A DNA stretch of 64,000 nt from an uncultured Gammaproteobacteria bacterium (GTDB lineage: Bacteria; Pseudomonadota; Gammaproteobacteria; Steroidobacterales; Steroidobacteraceae): contig CAWILY010000001.1 of NCBI GenBank assembly GCA_963837075.1, positions 48,098 to 112,097 on the forward strand. The letters are read 5' to 3'. The translations under genes and the position numbers were made by a program. Of the stretch, positions 36,603-45,370 are shown piece after piece (position 1 is the first letter of the stretch; the number at the start of each line of letters is the position of its first letter). The notes below the pieces were generated by a model. That model did no database searches, was not told where the DNA came from, and worked only from the letters and a program-made list of their open reading frames with translations.

Positions 36603-38072
36603 CTACCCATAGTCGCATCCTGCAATGTTCGGATGATCCTCATCGCATGGAATCAGCACGAACCCGTGCGTAATGCCGGCGGCGTCATACCCGTCGCCGG
36701 CGATCTCGCCCCGATTATTGATGGTGTAAGCATACTGGAGGTACAGAGGCGAATTCGGCGGAATCAGAGTATTCAAATCAACCAGAGAGCCGTCTTCCCA
36801 CAGGAAAGGCCGCGAGATATCGAACTGTCCACAGGCCGGGGATGAAATCCCCACGACCTGTGTCTTGTCGTTTATTGCCCATCCAAAGGCGCACGGATCA
36901 TTGTCAACACTACCGAGCTCCGTCATCTGTCCGACGCCTCTCCAAAGAGTGGCATGGAACGTCTGCTCCCCCGCGAGATTTGCGGAGCCTACAACCTCAC
37001 CTTTCTCGTTGATCCTCGTCGCATTGGCACCACTACCGCCGAGCGAGCCACCGAGGTCGCGAAGCACGCCCTTTTCCCAAAGAAAGGGTCGCGAATACAG
37101 GTCGCCGCTCACATTGGAGCTCCCGACCACTTGACCATGGTTGTTGAGATCGGAAGCGGAGGTACAGGTGCCACCGAAATTACCCAGGTCCCTCATGCCG
37201 TGCTGCTTATCCCAAATGAATGCACCGATAGCCAGCACAGCAGTATTCAATCCAAGTCCGTTGCAGTTGGCAGGCGTCGTCGTGTCCTTGTAGGAGTACC
37301 CGATCACCTGTCCTTGCTCGTTAATCGCGTAGGCTGCCGCGTCCAGGCCGGTGCCCAGAGTTCCGAGATCCCGCATTCCATCTCTTGAATCCCAGATGAA
37401 GGCTCGCGACTGATAGGGGTAGCCGTTGGACAACAGAAAAACGCTGTCAACCGCGAAGGAATTTGCGTCAGGAATCAGATTGGTTGCCGATCCGACCACC
37501 TCACCGCGATTGTTCACAGAGACCGCGCGGCTCTCGTATCCACCACCGGGCAGAAATCCAATGTCCGTAATTCTGCCGTTGTGCCATACCACCGCAGTCG
37601 TCTCCGGATAGTCCGGCACGGAGGGGTCAACTATTCCGGGCACAAGGGGATCGAACTCTGCTTTCTCCGAAGCACCCGCGATGATCCCGTTGGAACTGAT
37701 CCAAGCGGAGAAGCTGCTTACGGTGTTGCCCAGAGCCCCCAGATCGGTCAGCGAGCCGTTCTGCCACACGTACGCGTGCGTAGTCGTGCCGAGATCACCC
37801 CACGGATAGTTAGGGAACCGCTCAGGCAGCAAGGTATCGGCTGAACCACCGCTGGCCACCCCCTGCCTGTTCAGTACCGCGATGTTGTTTTCAGGGTGAT
37901 AGAAATTGCTTTCCAGCCCCCCCAATGAGGGGATGACCTCTAGCTTGTAATGGTGGTGCCTATGCTTCCCAGGATGGGCGGCTGACTGAGACTGAGCCAC
38001 GGTTTGGCTCGGAGCAATCAGCGCAGCACACAGCGACAACGTGCTAGGGAACATCCAAAATTTGCGATTCAT
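36603..38072 (-). CDS. HAF-family extracellular repeat protein
   Basis: Signal peptide. Repeats HAYVWQNGSLTDLGALG, RAFIWDSRDGMRDLGTLG, RPFLWEKGVLRDLGGSLGG and HATLWRGVGQMTELG. C-terminal HGFVLIPCDEDHPNIAGCDYG. Confidence 0.85.
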   Translation of the reverse strand: MNRKFWMFPSTLSLCAALIAPSQTVAQSQSAAHPGKHRHHHYKLEVIPSLGGLESNFYHPENNIAVLNRQGVASGGSADTLLPERFPNYPWGDLGTTTHAYVWQNGSLTDLGALGNTVSSFSAWISSNGIIAGASEKAEFDPLVPGIVDPSVPDYPETTAVVWHNGRITDIGFLPGGGYESRAVSVNNRGEVVGSATNLIPDANSFAVDSVFLLSNGYPYQSRAFIWDSRDGMRDLGTLGTGLDAAAYAINEQGQVIGYSYKDTTTPANCNGLGLNTAVLAIGAFIWDKQHGMRDLGNFGGTCTSASDLNNHGQVVGSSNVSGDLYSRPFLWEKGVLRDLGGSLGGSGANATRINEKGEVVGSANLAGEQTFHATLWRGVGQMTELGSVDNDPCAFGWAINDKTQVVGISSPACGQFDISRPFLWEDGSLVDLNTLIPPNSPLYLQYAYTINNRGEIAGDGYDAAGITHGFVLIPCDEDHPNIAGCDYG

Positions 38073-38481
38073 TTCCGTCTCCTGCCGGTGAAGTCTTCAA
38101 CACCGTCGATTGCCGCGAGCGAGGCGGGTTGCCGTACGGGAGAGTCAAGAGGGCGTTCCAGCGCTTTCGGGCACCAGAATCTGCGCCCAGACGATTTCGG
38201 TGCCCGAATTGTTGGAAGAGGTTCATAGGGATGGGCGTTGCTTTCAGTCCTGGGACTGGCGCCGATGCGGCTACTAAGTTGCGGGGCGCGACTCTGGGCG
38301 GAACGAGTTCTAGGGTCAATGGCGCGGAGGTGACATGAAGGTGACGCGTCGGGGACATCTCCTAAGCTTCTAATTCCTGGGGAGTTAAGTGAATTGCACC
38401 GTGGTTCGCGGCGCCGCCCGAGTGGGTGTTACACTCCTTACACTGCCGAGACCCAGCACCGCCGAGGCCGGAACAAGCCCG

Positions 38482-40530
38482 ATGGGAATCGCGGAATCTG
38501 AACAGAGGGTCCGTTTCGGAGAGTTCGAACTCGATCTACGTACGCGAGAGCTGTGGAATAAGGGCAAAAAATTAACCCTTCAGGAACAACCCTTTCAGAT
38601 ACTTGCAGTGCTGCTGGAGCACTGCGGCCAATTAGTTACCCGCGATGAACTGACAAAAAAGCTCTGGCCTTCTGGCACGTTCGTGGATTTCGAGCACAGC
38701 TTGAACAAAGCTGTGAATCGATTGCGCGAAGCACTGGAGGATTCGGCCCTACAGCCCCGCTTCATAGAAACGCTGCCCCGGCGGGGGTACCGATTCATTG
38801 CGCAGATCGAACCGGCACTAGTACCTGTAGTTCAGCCTGCGACCAAGACGCCGCGTTTGCGACGCGGCTTGTTCTCTCTCGGAGCCGTTTTGGGTTTGGC
38901 GTGTCTGTTATTGGTGTGGGTTTGGATTCGCCCTGAAGCAAAGCAACCTGAGCCCGCTTTCCAGCGACTCAGCTTCGGCCGCGGCATGATTCGGTCCGCC
39001 CGCTTTGCGCCCGACGGACAGAGTGTCGTTTACGGTGCAGCCTGGGACGGTAAGCCTTCCCAACTCTTTTGGACGAAGGCCGGTAGTATCGAGTCGCGTG
39101 CGTTGGGTGTGGAGGCCGAGATTCTCGCGATCTCTCCCTCGGGAGAGATGGCTGTGTTGCAGAATCAACACTTCGGCATCATCAGCAGCCAGGGCACACT
39201 GGCGGTGATGTCTCTTACGGGGCACGCACCCCGCAAGCTGCTCGACAATGTGCAGGATGCCGACTGGTCACCGGACGGGTCCAAGCTACTGATTACGCAT
39301 TACGTAGATGGCCGCGGCTGCGAGCTGGAGTTTCCGCCGGGCAAGGTGTTGTATGGGACCAAGGGAGGAGCGTGGCTGAGCAATCCGCGCGCTTCTCCCC
39401 GCGGAGATCAGATTGCGTTTCTGGAGCATCCTCTGGCAGACGAGGACGGTGGCTCCCTTGAAATCGTGGATCTGGCGGGCAAAAAGAAGATTCTGTCTCG
39501 GTACTTTTACAGTATCGAGGGACTGGCTTGGGACCCGAGCGGGAACGCGGTGTGGTTTTCTGGCAATGAGCCAGGTCCCTACGGTCGGCGAGCGCTATTC
39601 AAAGTAACTACCACAGGACGGCAACAGTTGGTTCGACGCGAGTCCGGTAACCTGACACTCCGCGACGCGTCTCGGAGTGGACGTCTGGCCCTAACGCGGG
39701 ACACTTTGCGCGGTGAAGTGTTCGGTCGCATTGATCCAGACAATAAGGAGCGCGAGCTTGGTTGGCTCGACTACTCCATCGCATACGACGTCACTCCGGA
39801 CGGTGGCACTATCGCACTATCTGTGCAAGGAGAAGCTTCAGATACAGGGTATGCGGTATACCTTCGCAGGACGGACGGCTCACCGGCCGTCCGGCTGGGC
39901 GACGGCACTCCGACGCAATTCTCGCTTGACGGCCGGTGGGTTTTAACGAGGACTGTGCCTCCCTCCGCACAACTGCTGTTGTTGCCAACGGGAACGGGAC
40001 AGCCCATGACGCTGACCCAGGACTCCATCACCCACCACTTTGCGACACTGCTTCCGGATGGAAAGAGAATGCTGTTCGAAGGCAACGAACCGGGACATGC
40101 CCGGCGGGATTGGATCCAAGGCGTCGCTGGCGGTAACCCGCTGCCCATCACTCCGGAAGGCACGTCAGGACGGCAGGTATCCCCGGACGGCGAACTGCTT
40201 GTGGCGGTCGATCAAGAGCGGAGGTTCTGGATTTATCCGACGGACGGAACAGGACCTGCCACCCTTGCGGGTGTCAAGTCTGGAGAAGACGCGATCCGGT
40301 GGAGCGCTGACGGCAAATCTCTATTCGTGGCGAGCGACGGGATACCCGTCGAGATTAATCGAATCGAAGTCGCTACCGGTCGTCGGCAGCTAGTCTTCAC
40401 CATAGCCCCCAGCGACCTCGCCGGAATATGGGACATCTGGCCTGTTCTTATTACGCCCGACGGAAAGTCCTACGTTTATAGCGACTATCGAATTCTCTCC
40501 GATTTGTATCTCGCGAGTGGACTGAAGTAG
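38482..40530 (+). CDS. membrane-anchored winged-helix (OmpR/CadC-type) regulator with periplasmic TolB-like beta-propeller
   Basis: VRFGEFELDLRTRELWNKGKKLTLQEQPFQILAVLLEH...IETLPRRGYRFIA. One TM helix (LFSLGAVLGLACLLLVWVWI). PD40/WD40-like repeats (DWSPDGSKLL, SPRGDQIAFL, SPDGELLV, SADGKSLF, TPDGKSYVY). Confidence 0.8.
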   Translation: MGIAESEQRVRFGEFELDLRTRELWNKGKKLTLQEQPFQILAVLLEHCGQLVTRDELTKKLWPSGTFVDFEHSLNKAVNRLREALEDSALQPRFIETLPRRGYRFIAQIEPALVPVVQPATKTPRLRRGLFSLGAVLGLACLLLVWVWIRPEAKQPEPAFQRLSFGRGMIRSARFAPDGQSVVYGAAWDGKPSQLFWTKAGSIESRALGVEAEILAISPSGEMAVLQNQHFGIISSQGTLAVMSLTGHAPRKLLDNVQDADWSPDGSKLLITHYVDGRGCELEFPPGKVLYGTKGGAWLSNPRASPRGDQIAFLEHPLADEDGGSLEIVDLAGKKKILSRYFYSIEGLAWDPSGNAVWFSGNEPGPYGRRALFKVTTTGRQQLVRRESGNLTLRDASRSGRLALTRDTLRGEVFGRIDPDNKERELGWLDYSIAYDVTPDGGTIALSVQGEASDTGYAVYLRRTDGSPAVRLGDGTPTQFSLDGRWVLTRTVPPSAQLLLLPTGTGQPMTLTQDSITHHFATLLPDGKRMLFEGNEPGHARRDWIQGVAGGNPLPITPEGTSGRQVSPDGELLVAVDQERRFWIYPTDGTGPATLAGVKSGEDAIRWSADGKSLFVASDGIPVEINRIEVATGRRQLVFTIAPSDLAGIWDIWPVLITPDGKSYVYSDYRILSDLYLASGLK

Positions 40531-40753
40531 GCGCCGTCACATAGTGAAAACTCAGCCGCATAACCGAACGGCGAAAATTGTTTAGGCCCGACGCTGGTCG
40601 CCCTACTCCGCGGTGAACATTGTCGTCTCGCGCGGCGACCCGAGTGGCGGCGGCCGTGGCGGCGGGGGCGGGCTCGACTTGCTCACGCTGTGGTCGCTTC
40701 TGGGTTGTCTGCTCTTGGCAGTACGGAGATTGGTCGTGCTGACCTAAACGAAA

Positions 40754-40825
40754 CCCCTCCTCATTCCGTGACTGGTGGCACACACCTCCAGTCTGGCACT
40801 CGATGCCGTTAGGTATGAGGAGGGG
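40754..40825. repeat. long imperfect stem-loop between convergent genes
   Basis: CCCCTCCTCAT (40754-40764) pairs perfectly with ATGAGGAGGGG (40815-40825). An inner GACTGG/CCAGTC pair lies within the loop. Confidence 0.3.
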
Positions 40826-40967
40826 TCCATCCCATTGGAATCGGGACGGCAATCAGGCGCTTCCCGGCCAACTTCGATCATTTAGCACGCGCAAGTGCCT
40901 TCCAGTTAGCGTTCATTCAAAGTTGCAAATTCGGCCATGATCCGCGCAGCATCGATGCGCAACGAAA

Positions 40968-43499
40968 CTAAAATGCGTAGTCAAAACCGACCCCGATGGT
41001 TCGGGGCTGGATGATAGTGACGCTGCTTGGCCCGGGTGCGCTCGGCGGGCCGCCGACGGAGCTGTTCAGCCAACCCCGCTCATCGGTGACATTTCGGGCG
41101 AAGGCTCTAAGGGTAAGCGGCCCACTGGCGATGCTCGCATTCAAATCGAGCTCCGAATAGGAGGGCAGAAAGGCCACCGGTTGGCCGTCGACCGACGCCA
41201 CCGCGAACGCACCGGTGCCGCCGGCCCATTGCTGCCCGACCCAGCGGAAGACACTGCCCAGGTGGGCGTGCCACCGGTCTGCGGGTTCCCAGTCATAGTC
41301 GGCGGTTACTGAGAGGCTCCATTTAGGAACATCGGGCGTCTGGTAGCCGGCTAACAGGAATGCCGGGTATGGCGCGGGGGCCGCGGGGTCCACGCGGGTC
41401 AGGCCGGCTTCGGTGTACGCCGCGATGTACCCGAGCTGCAGGCCGGAGAACGGCGAAATGGCGCTGACAAGTTCCAGCCCCTCAGACCTCCCGTGGCCGC
41501 TGTTCGTGGTAGCGCCGAGCGGTGCATCGCCGCTGGGGATCTGGACGTGACTCCAGTCGATATAGAACAGCGTCAGGTCAAAGAGCGCCTTGCGGTCGAG
41601 GAATTCGGACTTGAGTCCCACCTCGTAATTGATGAGCGTCTCGGCCTTGGCCGTCGGCGGAACGCTTGGTTGATAGCCGGTTGCCGCGCGTGCGTACAGC
41701 ATCACATCCGGCGTGAAATGATATCGAGCCGACGCCATCCAGCTCGTTATTCCCTCCGAGTTCTCACCTGGTCCGTTGAGGTTAGGGGGATACCCGTCAC
41801 CAAGTAGGCCGCCGATGGTGGCGGTCCACGCCTGGCTATCGCGGTCATAGCGAAGTCCGCCGGTCAGATCCAGGTGGCCTGTCACCCGCCAGGTAAGATC
41901 TCCGAAGACGGCTCTATCTGAGTAGGTGGCGGGCAGAGAGAAATAATAAAGAAGTGTGGGGCGAAGGCTGGGATCATATTCATTGTAGGCGCGCACTTCA
42001 TTCGTGCTCTCGTGAGTGTAAAAGCCGCCGAGGCTCCAGTCCAAGCGGGTGCCCGTTGCCGAGACGAGACGCAACTCCTCGGAGAACTTCTCGAGATCCC
42101 AGTCGTCTTCGTAAGTCATCAGGCCCGCCGGGATCGTGCCGCCGCTCAACTGCGGATCGTTGCGGTTCTGCGTGCGCGACCAAGAAGTAGTCGAGACGAT
42201 GGCGATCGAGCCCGGGTTCCAGCTCGCAGTCGCCGAGTAGAAGGCGGTGTTTACGCTGTAGGGCGCTAAAACAGCACCGCTTACCTTGAGGTCGCCCAGC
42301 GGGCCGATGGGCTTGAGAACATAGCCTTCGCCGGTGTTCGGTACGCGCTCCGACCCCGCGAACGTCACCATGTTGGGAGTGTCGGCATTTATTCGGTACC
42401 AGAAGGCGCTCATTTTCAACGAGAATGCCTCGCCCGGGCGCCATAGCGTAGCGATGCGCCCGCCGTACTGCCGAAGCGCGTTGACATCTTTCGCCCCGGT
42501 ATAGAGGTTGTCGATGTATCCGGGTGTATAGGTCTCGTAGCCACTGACTCGAACACCGAGTACGTCCTCCATAACCGGTAAGTTTGCCATCGCGCGGAAC
42601 GAATTACCGGGCATGGAGGCTCCGTAAACGGCACTGAGATCCGCGCCGACGCGTCCTTCGAATCCCGCCAGGCTCGGCGCCTTGAGCACGTACCGGATGA
42701 GGCCAGTCATCGACTGTTGACCGTAGAGCGTCCCTTGTGGACCGCGCAGTACCTCCAGGCGTTCGAGGTCATAGGGCGTGAGCTCGAGAACCGAACAGCA
42801 CGCACCGGCATATGATCCGTTCGCGCCCATCGGCGCGTCGTCAAGGTAATACGCCACCGATGAGGCTTGAGTGAAGGAGTAAATACCGCGCAGGATCACA
42901 GACCTCCAACCGACATAGCCGGAATCAAAGATGTGGAAGCCGGGAATAACGGCAGCGTAATCAACCAGGTTCTCGCTCTTTTGCGCAATCAGACTCTCGC
43001 CGCTCACGATGCTGACCGATGCGGGGACATTTTGAACGTAGTCAGTCGCACTCCGTTGTCGCTCGTCCCTGGAACCCGTGACGATGATTTCGTCCAACAG
43101 GCCGGACCCCGGCGGCGCGTGACGCGCAACACGTTTCGTCGACGCGTCGGCACCGGTCGACTGCGCGGTCTGTGCGACAGTGGGCGACTCGAAGATTCGC
43201 ACCGTGCGTGCATTGACGAACTGGAAGCTGAGGCCGGTGCCGTCGAGCAGCTCTCTCAGCGCGTCGGCGGCCGAGAGGCCCGCATGCGCGCCCTTGGACG
43301 CACGCGCCTGGGCGACCTGCGACACGTAAAGAAGCTGCAGTCCCGTCTGGTGGGCGAATTCAGACAGCGCAGCGGCGACCGGCTGCGGCGGAATGCCGAC
43401 GGTCAGTAACGTGTCAGCGTCAACCGCGTGGCTCCAGGCGCTCAGCAGCGTGCCAAGCACGCCACACGCGAACAGGCGGCCCGACGCAGGATGCATCAA
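40968..43499 (-). CDS. TonB-dependent receptor with N-terminal signalling (STN) domain (FecA-type transducer)
   Basis: STN segment LSEFAHQTGLQLLYVSQVAQ...ALRELLDGTGLSFQFVNARTVRI. Plug domain. A long beta-barrel ending in the aromatic ...GVGFDYAF. Confidence 0.85.
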   Translation of the reverse strand: MMHPASGRLFACGVLGTLLSAWSHAVDADTLLTVGIPPQPVAAALSEFAHQTGLQLLYVSQVAQARASKGAHAGLSAADALRELLDGTGLSFQFVNARTVRIFESPTVAQTAQSTGADASTKRVARHAPPGSGLLDEIIVTGSRDERQRSATDYVQNVPASVSIVSGESLIAQKSENLVDYAAVIPGFHIFDSGYVGWRSVILRGIYSFTQASSVAYYLDDAPMGANGSYAGACCSVLELTPYDLERLEVLRGPQGTLYGQQSMTGLIRYVLKAPSLAGFEGRVGADLSAVYGASMPGNSFRAMANLPVMEDVLGVRVSGYETYTPGYIDNLYTGAKDVNALRQYGGRIATLWRPGEAFSLKMSAFWYRINADTPNMVTFAGSERVPNTGEGYVLKPIGPLGDLKVSGAVLAPYSVNTAFYSATASWNPGSIAIVSTTSWSRTQNRNDPQLSGGTIPAGLMTYEDDWDLEKFSEELRLVSATGTRLDWSLGGFYTHESTNEVRAYNEYDPSLRPTLLYYFSLPATYSDRAVFGDLTWRVTGHLDLTGGLRYDRDSQAWTATIGGLLGDGYPPNLNGPGENSEGITSWMASARYHFTPDVMLYARAATGYQPSVPPTAKAETLINYEVGLKSEFLDRKALFDLTLFYIDWSHVQIPSGDAPLGATTNSGHGRSEGLELVSAISPFSGLQLGYIAAYTEAGLTRVDPAAPAPYPAFLLAGYQTPDVPKWSLSVTADYDWEPADRWHAHLGSVFRWVGQQWAGGTGAFAVASVDGQPVAFLPSYSELDLNASIASGPLTLRAFARNVTDERGWLNSSVGGPPSAPGPSSVTIIQPRTIGVGFDYAF

Positions 43500-44584
43500 T
43501 GAGCGTCCGAGAGCCCCTCCCGTCGGGTGGATGCCCGACTGAGGATGCGGATTTGAGTCGGAGTCTTTTGCACCACGACCCCGTTCAGTGTGGCGAGGGA
43601 AGCTACGAACGAGTCGACATCATACGCATCGAACACCCCGGTGATCGGCAGTGAGCGCAGCGCTTGGTCAACCTCGATGGCGATGGACCCGTAGCGGTTG
43701 AACTCGTCGGCGACCTCCCCCAGCGGTTCGTTCTCGAACACAATCTGTCGCTTGAGCCACGCGACGGCGGCGCGCGCGTCCACCGCCTGCGGCACACCCA
43801 CCTGGTCGCGGACCTCGACCTGGTAGCCGGCGCCCACCCGAAGTGCGCCTGGCGGCAGTGGTTTTGTGGGCATCGGCGGGGAACCTATGTAGACCGTGAC
43901 CGTGCCCTCGACGACCGTGACACGGACCGCTCCGGGTCGGCGGTACACGTCGAATTCGGTGCCCACGGTGAGGACCTGTGCATCGCCGGCCGCGACCCGA
44001 AACCCTCGCTGGCCCTCGTGCGTCACTTCAAAGAGTGCCTGGCCGCGATCGAGGTCAACCACGCGCTCGCGGCGTGAGTAATGCACAGTGACCTGGGAAT
44101 CGGTGTTCAGATGCAGCACCGATCCGTCTGGGAGCACCCGTACGCTCTGCTCACCGTGTCCGGTGGCGTAAGTCCTTGGCAGCCCAAAGCGCTCACCATC
44201 GCGCGTCCACCACATGGTAGCCAAGGCGACCAATGCCAGCGCTGCGGCCGCGGCGAGCGTCCACGGGCGCGATACGCGCGACCGGGTGATAACGTACGCG
44301 TGCTCCGATACCGGTGAATCCAGTGTTACCACTCGATTCCTCCGTGCGCGCACCCGCGCGAGCAGCGGCTCGAGCGGAATCTCCGTCGTATTGGCCGCAG
44401 TATGCAAGTGTCGCGCAAGTCCGGCGATCGTCAGATACTCATCCACATGCACCGGGGAGGCCGTCAACCAGGCCATGAAGCGGGAGCGCGCCTCTCGATC
44501 GAGGGGTCCGCGACGGTTTTCTTCGAACCATTCAATGGCTTGGTCGGCGATCGCCAGTCGAATCTGCTCGTTGCTCGGGGTCAT
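43496..44584 (-). CDS. FecR family anti-sigma / transmembrane sensor
   Basis: N-terminal anti-sigma helix region (AIEWFEENRRG). One TM helix (WTLAAAAALALVALATMWW). FecR periplasmic domain (LPDGSVLHLNTDSQVTV...LDRGQALFEV). Its stop overlaps the receptor start. Confidence 0.85.
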   Translation of the reverse strand: MTPSNEQIRLAIADQAIEWFEENRRGPLDREARSRFMAWLTASPVHVDEYLTIAGLARHLHTAANTTEIPLEPLLARVRARRNRVVTLDSPVSEHAYVITRSRVSRPWTLAAAAALALVALATMWWTRDGERFGLPRTYATGHGEQSVRVLPDGSVLHLNTDSQVTVHYSRRERVVDLDRGQALFEVTHEGQRGFRVAAGDAQVLTVGTEFDVYRRPGAVRVTVVEGTVTVYIGSPPMPTKPLPPGALRVGAGYQVEVRDQVGVPQAVDARAAVAWLKRQIVFENEPLGEVADEFNRYGSIAIEVDQALRSLPITGVFDAYDVDSFVASLATLNGVVVQKTPTQIRILSRASTRREGLSDAH

Positions 44585-44588
44585 CGCT

Positions 44589-45101
44589 TCACCTCAGACG
44601 CGCCAAGCGGCGGCGGCAGTGGCTGAGGGCTTGCCTGAGATACTTATTAACCATGCTTGGAGACACCTCCAGGCGGTCGGCGATCTCCTGATAACTGAGT
44701 TCATGACGGTACTTCAGCATTACCGCGGCGCAGCACTCGGGCGAGAGCTGCTTGAGCACCACCCGCAGCCGCGCGACCTCCCGGGTGACATCCAGCGCCG
44801 TGTCAAGTCCCGGCATATCGGGGAGGGTCTGTGTGCCGTGCGCCTCCCCGACATCCGCGGCTGCCGCCTGGCGGCGGTCCACCACTGCGTTCTCCGTCAA
44901 TAGATTCCGGGCCACCGTGAACAGGTAGGCCTCGGGGTTGAGGATCGCATCGGTATCACTCACACGCAGCATTCGCAAATACACCTCCTGCACCAGGTCG
45001 GCGGCGTCGGACTTGGTTCGCAGGCGCCGATAGAAGAAAGCCTGCAAGGCACCGCGATGCGCGAACAGTCGCTCGACGAATGCCTTGCTCGACTCGGCCA
45101 T
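44589..45101 (-). CDS. ECF (FecI-like) RNA polymerase sigma-70 factor
   Basis: Region 2 (DLVQEVYLRMLR...YLFTVARN) and region 4 (LSYQEIADRLEVSPSMVNKYL). It ends 4 nt upstream of the fecR-like start. Confidence 0.85.
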   Translation of the reverse strand: MAESSKAFVERLFAHRGALQAFFYRRLRTKSDAADLVQEVYLRMLRVSDTDAILNPEAYLFTVARNLLTENAVVDRRQAAAADVGEAHGTQTLPDMPGLDTALDVTREVARLRVVLKQLSPECCAAVMLKYRHELSYQEIADRLEVSPSMVNKYLRQALSHCRRRLARLR

Positions 45102-45370
45102 CGGCGGTGTGACCTGACAATGCCTTTGGGTCTGTCTTAACTATGAGCCTCTGGCCGGCATTTCGGACAGCAAAATCGTGAGCGGCGAAAAATAGTGGTG
45201 TGGAGAATCACGCGAACCACTCTTACTTCCCCGGTACAGGCGCGTTTCGGCTGCACAAGTCGCGGCGATGACCTAACCACTCGCCGGACTAACAGCCAAG
45301 GAGCTGGCCGAGGCGACTGCCCTCATCGGCAGCGCCGTCGGATTGTCACTCCGGGGCAAATGGGGGAGAT

